DNA from: Mantamonas sphyraenae STR306
Lineage: Eukaryota; Protista; CRuMs
Length of the DNA: 64,000 nucleotides
Direction of reading: 5' to 3'
Assembly: GCA_026936335.1 (NCBI GenBank)
Contig: JAPMXV010000004.1
Coordinates: forward strand, 124,001 to 188,000
How positions within the stretch are numbered: position 1 is the first letter of the stretch; each line of letters opens with the position of its first letter. Below are positions 48,280-59,248 of this stretch, in pieces. The position numbers and the translations under genes were made by a program. Below the pieces are notes generated by a model that saw only the letters and a list, made by a program, of their open reading frames with translations, did no database searches and was not told where the DNA came from.

Positions 48280-51200
48280 ATGTCCACCACAGACGGTCAG
48301 CACGAACAGCAAGTACCAGAGGATTACGACAGCCTGTCTCGCAAGACCGGTACGATCGTGTTTGTGGGAAAGAAAGGAAGCGGGAAAAGTTGCCTGGCCG
48401 GCACGCTGTACTTCCACTTTACCGGCGAGGACGAGCGGTGGATCAAGCGCAAACTGGAGAGGCTCACCGCCGAGTACACACGACACGCCTCGGGGCATCC
48501 TGTGGGAGGAGTCATGGCGTATTTCATGGACAAGACCTACACAGAGAGGGAGACGCTTTCGACCAACCGGGGCAACTACGAGGCGTTGCAGTGAGTTGCA
48601 CGTGTGCGAGCCGTATTATTCGACATTTGTCTGCGGCCCGTTGTCGTGCGTGATCTCTGTGTGATCTCTGTGCCCGTGGCTGACCCGGTCGCAAACCTTC
48701 ACACAAACACTCCCCCCGCAGCATCGATGGTCGACTGTGGAACATCATCGATGCACCAGGGAACCCAAAGTACGAGAAACGTGTGGTGCATGCGTTGGGT
48801 CTTGCAGACGTGATGGTTCTCGTTGTTGGTTCGGACGAAGTGGAGGACAAAGAAACGTGGGGCCGTTCTGGCGTCATGGTTCAGCGAATCGCCACTGCAT
48901 TTATGCTGGGTGTGCGGCAGGTGATTGTGTGCATCAACAGGCTGGACCAGGAATCCCAAAATCTGCGCGAGAAAGCGTACGAGGCAGCTGCGACGATGGT
49001 TGCGCTCGTACTGAAGCGGGTGGGCTTCCATGGCAAGCGTCATTTCGTGCAGTTCCTCCCAATCAGCTGCGCACTTGTCCTTGAGGGCCACAACGTCGTT
49101 TCAGAGGACCCCGAAGTGTTTCCATGGTGGAAGGGCCCATGTTTGGCGGAGTTGCTTACACGAGCTCAAACGGAGAAGTGCAATCCAGATTGCACTGGCT
49201 TCATGCTCATCCGTGAATGGTTCAAAATTGGAGGGATTGGCACAGTGTGTTCTGCGGTGGTTCTCCAGGGCACGATCAGGGAAAACAGACGCATGGACGT
49301 CGGAGACGGGACAATCAAGCTGATGTGTCGCAGTCTGGAACGATGGTTCGAGGGGTTGCAAGAATGTGGGCCAGGCGATATGATTGCTTTGAATGTGCGT
49401 CGTACAAGCTCGTACGAGGCGAATCGATGCATCCGCCATGTGCACGCTGTGGATGGGGGAGATTTCCAGATGCCGAATCACTGGGCAGCGCTCACCAAAG
49501 TGCCCAAGATGGCCACCTGGCACTCGGGAAAAGAGGACGTCCCAGACCTTGTGGACATGTTTGTGGCGGATATCCGTCTTGTGCGCACGCGGTTGCACAA
49601 ACGAGGCAAACCGTTCGATGTGGGCTCAAGCATGGACCTGTCGTACATGATCGGCTGCACGCAGGCCAAAGTGGTGTCCATCATTGCACGGCTCGACCAT
49701 GACTTTCGTGTGGTCGAGCGCTACCCGGAGCAGTTGCACAAGCGTGACGTGCTCCGGGTGCTGCTGAAAACCACCAAGCCCATCTTTGTGCAAAAGATGA
49801 ATCTGATTCCGCGTTTGGACAAGATCGTGCTGAAAGACACGTTTGGGGTCGTAGGTGGAGGTGTCGTGCGCAAAGCAGCAGCACGGCGCACGTTGAACAT
49901 TGGCGTGCGCGAAGGAACGGAAGAAACACGGGTTGAAGGCGTCCAGCGTCTGCTGGCTGAAGAGTTTGACGTGCAGCTTCATACGTTCTCCACATGCACA
50001 CGTTCGGTGCTGTCTGGTTTGAATTTGCTGTACACAAGCAACGTGGAGGGCGACGAGATGGAGTGTGTGGAAGAGTTTGTTCGCCGCGGTGGCTCGGTCC
50101 TCTACCATGTTCGTGCATCGTCGCTTTCGCACAGCTTGCTGGCTGCATATGGTATGGTTGTCGAACCAGCACGGGCCGATGGCATCCACATGGGCCACGT
50201 GCGCTTCCGCAACGACGGACTGAAGAAACCGGACGACGACACGCAAGACACGGTCAGCTTTGACTCCATCATGATGACCATAGACAGGGGACGGTGGCAG
50301 GAGGACGATGGACAAATGGTAGGATCAAGCGACGCCGAGCAGGTGGAGCTGACGTTGGAGCAGCGGCGACGTTGGAATCGAGAGGAGAGACGAAAGCGCA
50401 GGCGAGAAAGGCGGCAAGAAAAGCTACGATGGAAGCTGGAGGTTGCAGAGATGTTGGATCTGGAGCAAGACGGGCTGAAGGAGGAAGACTGGAAAGACCT
50501 GAGCAGCGCAGAGGCTCGCCGTAGGCGCAGGGAAGGCAAGCAGCGTTGGAAGGCAGACATCGCCCGTCTTGAGGAGCAAGCACAGCACAGGATGCAGACC
50601 GACTTGACACGTGAGGAGATGGAAAGCTGGGACCACAAAGAAGTGGTACGATTTGTGGCAGGGCATCGTGCGTTGAGGCTGTATCTGAAGGAGATTGCAC
50701 AAAGCCCGATGACAGGCAAGGATCTGGTGCGCTTTGACCATGCGGATTGGGAGTCGATGCTTGCAGGAGTGTTTGCGGGAGAAGAGTGTGGGCGCAACGC
50801 GGTGAGCGCAGTGCAGGAAGTGCTAGAGGCGATTGAGCGTCGAGAAGCCACACAAAACGAGAATAGTGTGGTCGAGGAAGTGCAGGTGGGGGTGGAGGGT
50901 GTCCGTGTGGCGCGGTTGGGAGGGCCGGGTTTGCAACGCACGCTGAGCGCGCAGGAGGTCATGGTTGAAGAAGCGATGGATGACGAAGAGGACGACGGAT
51001 TGGGTGATGCATTGGAATCGCTGCACAGTGAAGCGAGCGAGGCTGTTGTAGTCGAGCTGGATCATCGGCTGGGGCGGACCGAGTCGTGGGCAGGCGAGTC
51101 GAGGTCCGATCGCGATCAGATTGACATTGAAGACTTGCCTGAGGAGGTGTGGTTGCGAATATTTACATACCTGGACGATCCCCAGTCCGTGTGTGCAGTC

Positions 51201-51800
51201 GCGCAGACCTGCGGTTGGTTCAACGACCTTGCAGACAGAGATGTGGTGTGGGAGTCGCTGTGCGAACAAGCAGGGGTGCTGTGGATGTCTCAAACACGGC
51301 ACGTGCGTGTGAACGAGGAGTTGGCGCACAATCTGCTCGAACGCAGCGAGTTCAAACTGCGTTTCTACGCCTACTGGACGCTTGTCCGTGATGGTCCACT
51401 TGGCTGTTTGGCACGCGGCGTGTATGGAAAGGGAAGGTTCCTGGACATGCAGGGTGTTCATGATGGACATTCGTCACTGACCCTCACCGAAGAGGTTCCA
51501 GGGGTGGATGTGGTGGCGTCTCGGCGTCGCCGCAGAGGAGGAGGAGCGGTGATGGTCTACGCCAAGCCCGGTCACATGGACAACCGCAAAGGACAGATGC
51601 TTGTTCTTCTCGATGTGTCACCGACCAACAGGCAGGGATCAGGGTGCCTGACTCACAGGATGCTTGCTAGGAAGGGCAACAATGCTCGCGTGTGGCTGAA
51701 GAACTACGCGCACGTGGCTTCCTTCATGCGGCCAAAGATGATGGCCTCGGGAGATGGAGGAGTGGAAGGACAGTCGTCGTCGTCGTCTTCCTCAACGTGA
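48280..51800 (+). CDS. eEF1A-like GTPase + split GIFT/GATase-like domain + SAM + F-box, paralog 1 (exons 48280-48590, 48722-51800)
   Basis: GKKGSGKS, IIDAPGN, CINRLD, WWKGPCL, KIGGIGTV and a domain III barrel; SAM-like ESWDHKEVVRF...TGKDLV; F-box IEDLPEEVWLRIFTYL...VAQTCGWFNDLA. Confidence 0.85.
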
Positions 51801-51852
51801 GTGTGTGAGCATGCCCGAGGCGCGCCACGAGAAAAGCAACTGCCTGCTGCAA

Positions 51853-54800
51853 ATGTCATCCTCCAGTTCCTCATCCTCCGGAAACAAGTCCACAAGCACC
51901 GTGGCATTCATTGGCCCGTGCGATGGAGGCAAAACATCGCTGGCCGCATCAGTGCTTCTTGCAGTGGGCTTTTTCCCTGAACGGGCGGCCGAAAAGTGCC
52001 AACTGGAGATGGTTGACTATGGCAAGGCACGGCAGGGCACGTACCAGGGCAAGGCATGGCTGTTGGACCGCACCAAACTCGAGCGGGAGCGCGGGTTGAC
52101 GATTCGTGGAGGGTTTGGACATGTGACGTGAGTTTGCAAAGGAGGAGAAACAAGACCCCCCTTCCGGGGGGTTTCGTGTGCTGTGTGCTGACACGCTTGA
52201 GGGTGTCTCTTTGAACAGGCTGTCAAACGGGCATTGGAACATGGTGGATGCACCCGGACATCCAGACTTTGTGAAGCGTACGGTGGAAGCCATTGGACTC
52301 GCAGACGCGGTGGTTCTTGTGTTGTCGCATGAGCAGGCAACGGACAAGCGGCTGACGTCGAGCGGGACCGAGTTTATGGAGCGTGTGACGTCCATGTACA
52401 TGATGGGTGTGCGTCAGGTGTTGGTGTGCATCACCCGCCTGGATGAGCTGAATGACACGCTTGCGGAAGAGGTTTACCTCAACGCAAGCACGCAAGTGGC
52501 AAAGGCGCTGAAGCGCGTCGGGTACAGCGCACGCAAACACGCGGTGCACTTTCTGCCCACGGCAGCGGTGTGCTCCATGCAGGGATGGAACGTGGCGAGC
52601 AACACGCGCGAGTCTGGCAAAGGGTTCCCATGGTGGACGGGCGCTTCGTTGATGGACCAGCTCAGCAAGCTGGAGCCGAAGGAAGCACACGTGGAAGGCG
52701 AAACGGGTCTGGTGCAGGTCAAGGATGCACACAAAATTGGTGGGATTGGCACGGTGATCACGGGAGTGGTGCTGCAAGGGACTGTGCACGCACACTCGGA
52801 CTTTTTGGGGGTGCCTGGCATGGAACTGGTGCGTGGCCGGTCGATCGAGAAGTGGTACCAATCGGTGGAGACTGCAGGGCGTGGCGACATGATTGGCATC
52901 AGTGTGAGTGGTTGGTCACGCAACGAGGTGCGCAAGTACTTCCTGGGTTGCATGTTGGTGCAGGCGGCCAAACCAAAGCTGGATTCCCGCAGCGACGTGA
53001 GGCGGGCTGGCGAGTGGCGGCACGTGACAAAGACCAAGATGACGCACACGGACGATGCGGCGGTGCCTGAGTTTACAGACATGTTTGTGGTGGACATTCG
53101 GCTGGTGAGGCCGCAGTTGAACACGCGCAAGACGCCTTTCGACGTGGGCAGCAGCGTGGGATTGACATACATGTTGGGCAAGACGCATGCGTCTGTGCTG
53201 AGCATCATTGCACGTCTGGACAACAACTTTAACATCGTGCAGCGGTACCCTCAGAAGCTGCATCGTCGCGATGTGCTTCGCGTGATGCTCCAGTCGCGCG
53301 ACCCCATCTTTGTGCAGAGCAACGACCGCGTGCCTCGTCTGAGCAAGGTTGTGCTCACCGACTCGCTGGGTGTCATCGGAGCAGGTGTGGTGCGCAAAGT
53401 TGCGGCAAACCGCGTGTTGCACGTGGGCATTGTGGACGGCACGTGGGTGGGCTTGGTCAACCTGCTCAACGAAGAGTTTCAGGTGCGCACGCGAGAGCTC
53501 GGCGACGTTGAACTGAGCGACAGGTCCCTCAAGGGACTGAACTTGGTGCTGGTCGGCCATGCCATGCTGCGTCGCATGAAGAGCCGTGAGGCCGAGGCGC
53601 TGCGACGCTTTGCAACGAACGGTGGCTCTGTGTTGGGTGTTCTGGATCCCGGCAGCGACGATGGCCTTGACTACTTTCTGCAAAAGATGCAGGTGTATGT
53701 TGTCAAATCACGCGCCAAGGCTGCAGCACATCTGGGCATGGTGATGTTCACGCAAGATCCGTACGCACGCATCAAGCGGAGTCAGAAGCGCTCCAACGAG
53801 CAGTCGTTCCGCAAATTCATGCTGTCGTACGAGCGAGGTCGATGGAAAGACGAGGGCCTGGAAAACATTCCGGTTCCCTCGCAACAGGAAAAGGCTGAAA
53901 AGGCGCGCAAGAGGGAAGAGAGGAAGGCGCGCCACAAGGCACGCAAGCAGAAGCAAAAGGAGGAAGCTGCGCGGACGGTTCAACGCATGCTTTCGCAGCT
54001 GACGCGTGAAGAGGTGCAAGGATGGACACACGAGGAGTTGATGCGTCTGGTGCGTGGCCATCGCGTGTTTGCCATGTACGCGGAATCGTTCAAGGCGTTC
54101 CAAGTGGACGGCCGCAATCTGCTGTCGTTCGAGCGCGAGCACTGGGAGGCAATGTTTGAGGGATCGATTGCGGCATCGATCCGAGCGCGCAAGGTGATGG
54201 ACGCCGTGGAGGAGTTGAAGGAGTTGATGGACCACCAGAAGGCGACGGGTGGTGACGAGGGCGCAGGCAGCAGCAGCAGCGGTAGCAGCGACGGTGAGGG
54301 CGATGGGGAGCAGGAGAGCGGAGAAGACGACAAGGGAAAGGCAAAGGCAAAGGGAAACGCAAGGCCAAGCCTGCTGCGCACCGTGAGCGCACAGGAGGTG
54401 CTTGAAGACGTGGAGGGCGAAGGACATGGCGAGTTGGGCGAAGCGTTGCAGTCGTTGAATAGCGAGGCGAGCGAACGGGTGTCTGTGGACAGCGACGCCC
54501 GGCTGGGACGAACGGAATCGTGGATGGAGGTTGTGGAAGACGACGCAGAAACGAAGGACGGGCTCCACATCGAAGATCTGCCCGAAGAGGTGTGGCTGCG
54601 TGTGTTTTGCTTTCTGGATGACCCTCAGTCTCTGTGTGCACTTGCACAGACATGCGGATGGTTCAACGATCTGGCAGACCACGAAATGGTGTGGGAGACG
54701 CTGTGTGAACGGCACGGCGTGCTGGGCATGAGCGATCACACATCAGTCAATTTGTCGGAGGACATTGGTATGGCCCTGATGGACCGCAACGAGTACAAGT

Positions 54801-55210
54801 TTCAGTACTATCTGCACTACAAGAACGCCCGTGAGGGCCATTTGGGCTGCCTGAGCCACGGCGTGCATGGCAAGGGCCGCTGGATGGGCTACTCCGGCGT
54901 CGATGGATACTTTGCGCTGAAGAACACCAATGAGATGCTGGTGGCGGCTTCGCGTCCCAAGAGGGTGGGAGGCGGAGCCATCATGCTGTATGCCAAACCC
55001 GGCACGTACGGCATGCGAGGGCAGGTGCTACTTATTGCCAAAGACCGGCACTCGGAGGCCTTTACTGACCGATCGCTGCAGAACCGTCGCAACAACGAGC
55101 GGATCTGGTTGAAGAACTTTGGTCATGTGTGTGCGTTCGGACGTGCAGGAAACGAGTATGTTTCAGGCGACGAGGGCTCATCGTCGAGCAGCAGCAGCAG
55201 CAGTCGCTGA
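51853..55210 (+). CDS. eEF1A-like GTPase + split GIFT/GATase-like domain + SAM + F-box, paralog 2 (exons 51853-52127, 52219-55210)
   Basis: GPCDGGKT, AWLLDRTKLERERGLTI, VDAPGHPDFVK, CITRLD, KIGGIGTV; SAM-like QGWTHEELMRL...VDGRNLL; F-box IEDLPEEVWLRVFCFL. Confidence 0.87.
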
Positions 55211-55277
55211 TAGGGAGTGTGTTCAACAATGGAGTTCATGCATGATGCAATGTCCCCTTGCACACCCAACCCAAATC

Positions 55278-58112
55278 ATGTTGTCGTCGTCGTCTTCTTC
55301 CGCAGCGGAAACTTCTGGGGCCCCTCTGTCCTCGATCCCGTCGTGGTGGAAAGGAGACGCAAAGGAGTACGAGAGGAGACTGAATGAGACACAGCTGGCG
55401 CGGGAGCAGATCAATTCACGGCACGGTTGTCTGGCTGTAGGGACAGCTGTGTTGCTGGGACAAATGGGCGTCGGCAAAACGAGCCTGGCAGCCATGCTGA
55501 ATGCGTGTGAGACTCCAGAATCTGTGCAAAGGGGTGTCAAGAGACGCATGGGGGGCAATGATGATTGGGGGAACATCCGGATGTGCCTCGACCAATACCA
55601 GGAGGAGAAGCATTTTTCGGTGCGCAACAAACGTTCCACGCTGGTCAATCTGGCGGCGCCATGGATGATTGTGGACACTCCGGGGAAGCGAGAGTTCTCG
55701 TACAAAGCGGTGGAAGCCATAGGGACGGCAGATGTGGTGGTGCTGGTTGTTTCGTCGGACAGGTCGGGCGTGGATGAAACGCAGGAAGAACGCGACGTTG
55801 ACCGCATGCTGAGCATTGCATTTATGCTCGGCGTACGGCAAGTAGTGGTTGCAGTGACTCACCTGGACAAGTTGGCAAGGACGGAGCAAAAAGCAGCGTT
55901 CAAAACGGAGGCCAAGAGGGCAGCTGGGTGGCTCTCACGCGTGGGGTTCAACATGAAGAAGCATGTGTACGGTTGTGTGCCGACGTGTGCTGTGTACTGC
56001 GAAGGTGGTTCGAATCTGTACGCGCGGGACGGCAAGGCATTCCCGTGGTGGCAAGGCAAGTGCTTGGTGGACTGCATCATGAGTTGCTCCTTGCAAGAAC
56101 GCAGGCAAGATGGGCCGGGTGTGATGGTGCTGCAAGACTATCGACGACGCATGTTTGTGGGACACTTGGGCCACGGAACCGTCCTGCAGGGAGAGCTGAG
56201 GTACGGGCCGGCGGTGTTTTTGCCGTCTGGGCGCACGTACTTTGTGCGCAACGTGGAACAGTACTGGGTTGGAAAGGAGGTGGCCACAGCGGGTGCCTAC
56301 GTGTCGTTGCTGGTGCAAGGGTTGCGACTGCACACACATCTGCAGAGCGCACACCTGAAGCCGCTCCTGCTGCAGACACCAGAGATGTGGAAAGAAGGCG
56401 TTGTGAAAGAATCGATGCTGGACGAGCTTCAGGAGCTACCTGTGACCACGCGCATGTTTGTGGCAGACATTCGGCTGACTCAGGTGTGGTTGAACGGTGG
56501 ACGGCGGGCGTTTGGGGTCGGGTCGTCCTTGAAGCTCATCTACATGCTTGGTGACACGCGTGTGACTGTGCTCAAAATCATGGCAAGGCTGGACACCAAC
56601 TTTCAGGTTGTGGACGAGGATCCAAAGTGGTTGCAGAGGAGGGATGTGCTGCGCGTGCTTTTCGAATGCCAGGAAGACATCATGCTGCAATCGACGCCTG
56701 TGGTGCCTCGACTGTCACGCATGGTACTGACGGACGAGTACAAGGTGGTGGGTGCAGGTATGGTTCGCAAGGTGGTGCCGTCCAGCCATGTTTTGCGCGT
56801 GCGAAACACAGGCGTGCATGGCGGCCTCATGCGCTTCTTTGGCATGCGAAGCACTCTGGTCGAGGTATCGGGCACTCAAAATGTCAACTTGATGCTCGTG
56901 ACTGCCGGTACCCTGCCTCAGGTGGACGATGCGTACGCCAAGGAGATTTTCGACATGGTTCAGCGCGGCTGCTCCCTGCTGTGTTTGATCTCGCCAAACT
57001 TGATGGGATTCACAGCGGCGTTGTTGGAACAGTTTGGAATCAAGGCGATGGCCTCCAAGTGCAAGCAGCCAGCGCGCGCGAGGCTGCTGATGTTCGCCGA
57101 AGATCCGTACAAAACATTGCGTGCCAAGACGGACACCGCGCACGCGGGCGTGTCATACCAAAAGTACATGTCAGCAGCAGCGGCTGGGTTATGGCTGGAC
57201 GAGGAGGATGGAAAAGACAGCCACGCTGGAAGTAGTAGCAGCAGCAGCAGCAGTAGTAGCAGCAGCAGCAGTAGTAGCAGCGGTGGCGCCATGCTGACAA
57301 CACAGGCGTTGGACGATCTCAGGGAAGAGGGAGAAGGAAGCGAGGACGCAGACTCCGCAGGCGAGGGAAGTGGCGGTCTGGGTGAGGCGTTGCTGTCGCT
57401 GCACAGCGAAGCAAGCGAGGGATTCAATTTGCAGGACGAGGAGCGATTGCAAAGGAGACGAATGTCATTGCTTTCGTTTGCATCGTCGTCGTCAGTGGAG
57501 TCTGGCGGCGAAATAGGTGCATACGATGTGCCAGAGGAAGTGTGGCTGCGCGTGTTTGGGTTCCTGGACGACGCTCGTTCGCTGTGCACATTGTCACAGG
57601 TGTGCGGCTGGTTCAACGACCTTGCAGATCGTGGCGTGGTGTGGGAAAGCCTGTGTGAACGACATGGGGTGCTGGGCATGATGAAGCACGCCCAGATTCA
57701 TGCGGACGATCCTCTGGAAATGGCCTTGCTGGAACGCAACGAGTACAAATTACAGTACTACGTTCACTACAAGAACGCACGTGAGGGTCACTTGGGCTGT
57801 CTGTCCTCTGGAATGCACGGAAAGGGTCGATGGATTGAATACCTTAGGGATGTGGACGGGTACCTGCAGATCACGGAAAAGGGGGACGCCCAGGGCCTGG
57901 TGACGGTGGCGTCGCGTCCGAAACGCAGTGGAGGCGGCGCGTTGATGGTGTATGGGAAGCCTGGGATGTGCGGACGGCGTGGTCAGGTGCTGTTTGTTGT
58001 GGAGGACAGGCAGAGCGAGCTGTTCAGTTCGTTCCGCCTTGACCAGCTGAACAACAACGCACGTATCTGGCTGTCCAACTTTGTGCACGTGAGTGGGCAG
58101 AGTGCATCGTGA
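55278..58112 (+). CDS. eEF1A-like GTPase + split GIFT/GATase-like domain + F-box, paralog 3 (intronless, no SAM)
   Basis: GQMGVGKT, VDTPGK, VTHLD, WWQGKCL; domain III shared with paralogs 1 and 2; F-box YDVPEEVWLRVFGFL...LSQVCGWFNDLA. Confidence 0.85.
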   Translation: MLSSSSSSAAETSGAPLSSIPSWWKGDAKEYERRLNETQLAREQINSRHGCLAVGTAVLLGQMGVGKTSLAAMLNACETPESVQRGVKRRMGGNDDWGNIRMCLDQYQEEKHFSVRNKRSTLVNLAAPWMIVDTPGKREFSYKAVEAIGTADVVVLVVSSDRSGVDETQEERDVDRMLSIAFMLGVRQVVVAVTHLDKLARTEQKAAFKTEAKRAAGWLSRVGFNMKKHVYGCVPTCAVYCEGGSNLYARDGKAFPWWQGKCLVDCIMSCSLQERRQDGPGVMVLQDYRRRMFVGHLGHGTVLQGELRYGPAVFLPSGRTYFVRNVEQYWVGKEVATAGAYVSLLVQGLRLHTHLQSAHLKPLLLQTPEMWKEGVVKESMLDELQELPVTTRMFVADIRLTQVWLNGGRRAFGVGSSLKLIYMLGDTRVTVLKIMARLDTNFQVVDEDPKWLQRRDVLRVLFECQEDIMLQSTPVVPRLSRMVLTDEYKVVGAGMVRKVVPSSHVLRVRNTGVHGGLMRFFGMRSTLVEVSGTQNVNLMLVTAGTLPQVDDAYAKEIFDMVQRGCSLLCLISPNLMGFTAALLEQFGIKAMASKCKQPARARLLMFAEDPYKTLRAKTDTAHAGVSYQKYMSAAAAGLWLDEEDGKDSHAGSSSSSSSSSSSSSSSSSGGAMLTTQALDDLREEGEGSEDADSAGEGSGGLGEALLSLHSEASEGFNLQDEERLQRRRMSLLSFASSSSVESGGEIGAYDVPEEVWLRVFGFLDDARSLCTLSQVCGWFNDLADRGVVWESLCERHGVLGMMKHAQIHADDPLEMALLERNEYKLQYYVHYKNAREGHLGCLSSGMHGKGRWIEYLRDVDGYLQITEKGDAQGLVTVASRPKRSGGGALMVYGKPGMCGRRGQVLFVVEDRQSELFSSFRLDQLNNNARIWLSNFVHVSGQSAS

Positions 58113-58180
58113 GCGGAAAGTCGGTGTGTGCGGGAGGCTGAGATGCCCTGGGGCAGACAAACAAAACAAACAACACGCTG

Positions 58181-59248
58181 ATGCGGGTCTTGGTCGTGGT
58201 GCTGCTTTGTGTAGCATGCGTGCATGGTGCGCTGCCACCTTTGGAGAAGCAGGCCCTCGTGGACATCTACAACGAATGTGAGGGAGCTCACTGGAAACAG
58301 GCCACAAACTGGCTCAAAGGAGACCCCTGCGAGCAGAAATGGTTCGGCGTCATTTGCCGCGTCGACCCAAATGACAACAACACCCACCATGTGGTCGAGT
58401 TCTTCCCCAATCCACGCCTTTCTGGAAACAAGCTGCGCTGCAAGCTGCCCGACTCGATTGGCAATCTCGAACACATGGAACAGCTGTACCTAAGCAACGA
58501 CCTGACCAGCAGCGAGATTCGAGGCGAGATTCCAGCCAGCATCGCACGCATGACCAACCTCAAGTGCTTCTACGTGTCCCACGGCAAGATGGAGGGCAAC
58601 ATTCCCGCGTTCTTTGGCAACTTGACGCAGCTGCAGGGTTTGTTCATGCGCATCAACCGCTTCAGTGGCCCGTTGCCCGATTTGTCGCGCCTCACCTACC
58701 TCAACCACTTCTGGGTCGACCACAACAGCCTGGAGGGCGGCGTCGACACCTTGACACAGCTCAAGTTCCTCCGCACCATCCACCTGGAGTACAATTTCTT
58801 CAGCGACCCGTTCCCTGAGACGCTGTGCACTTCTGTGCACAGTTGCCATGCCGAGCTGAACAGGTGGCCATGTCCTGTGCCAAACAACGGCACGTGCTGC
58901 AACATCAAGTTTTGCATCGACCAAGCTGCACATGCACAACGTGTCAAGCCATCGGCTCCCGTGCAACACCACACCACCACCACCACCACCACGGACACTC
59001 TTCCTACGTGGACCAACGCGACCCTCCAGCACCCCTGTACGTGTGCCATCCTGAGTGAATTCGATTGTTCCCATCCTCTCCCCCCCCCGCACGCATTCCC
59101 TTCACACCGCTTCACCTCCTCTTGCGATCAACAGCGACCACGGGCTTTCTGCGCGTGGCCGACCACATGGGCCATCCTGCCAGCAGCAGGAGGGTGGCCA
59201 CAGAGACCAGAGCCCACCCAGTGCCCTCCCATCCGTACAATTCGTTGA
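58181..59248 (+). CDS. Secreted leucine-rich repeat protein (plant-type LRR with N-cap); 3' end uncertain
   Basis: Signal peptide; EKQALVDIY...NWLKGDPCEQKWFGVIC cap; LxxLxLxxNxLxGxIP repeats; Cys-rich C-cap. Confidence 0.8.
   Translation: MRVLVVVLLCVACVHGALPPLEKQALVDIYNECEGAHWKQATNWLKGDPCEQKWFGVICRVDPNDNNTHHVVEFFPNPRLSGNKLRCKLPDSIGNLEHMEQLYLSNDLTSSEIRGEIPASIARMTNLKCFYVSHGKMEGNIPAFFGNLTQLQGLFMRINRFSGPLPDLSRLTYLNHFWVDHNSLEGGVDTLTQLKFLRTIHLEYNFFSDPFPETLCTSVHSCHAELNRWPCPVPNNGTCCNIKFCIDQAAHAQRVKPSAPVQHHTTTTTTTDTLPTWTNATLQHPCTCAILSEFDCSHPLPPPHAFPSHRFTSSCDQQRPRAFCAWPTTWAILPAAGGWPQRPEPTQCPPIRTIR

Noticed and set aside
48280-58112. Calling the three GTPases canonical eEF1A, EFL, eRF3 or Hbs1, or pseudogenes
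   Set aside because: The G-motifs are too divergent and there are ~500-700 aa C-terminal extensions. The frames are fully open with conserved F-boxes, so they do not look decayed.
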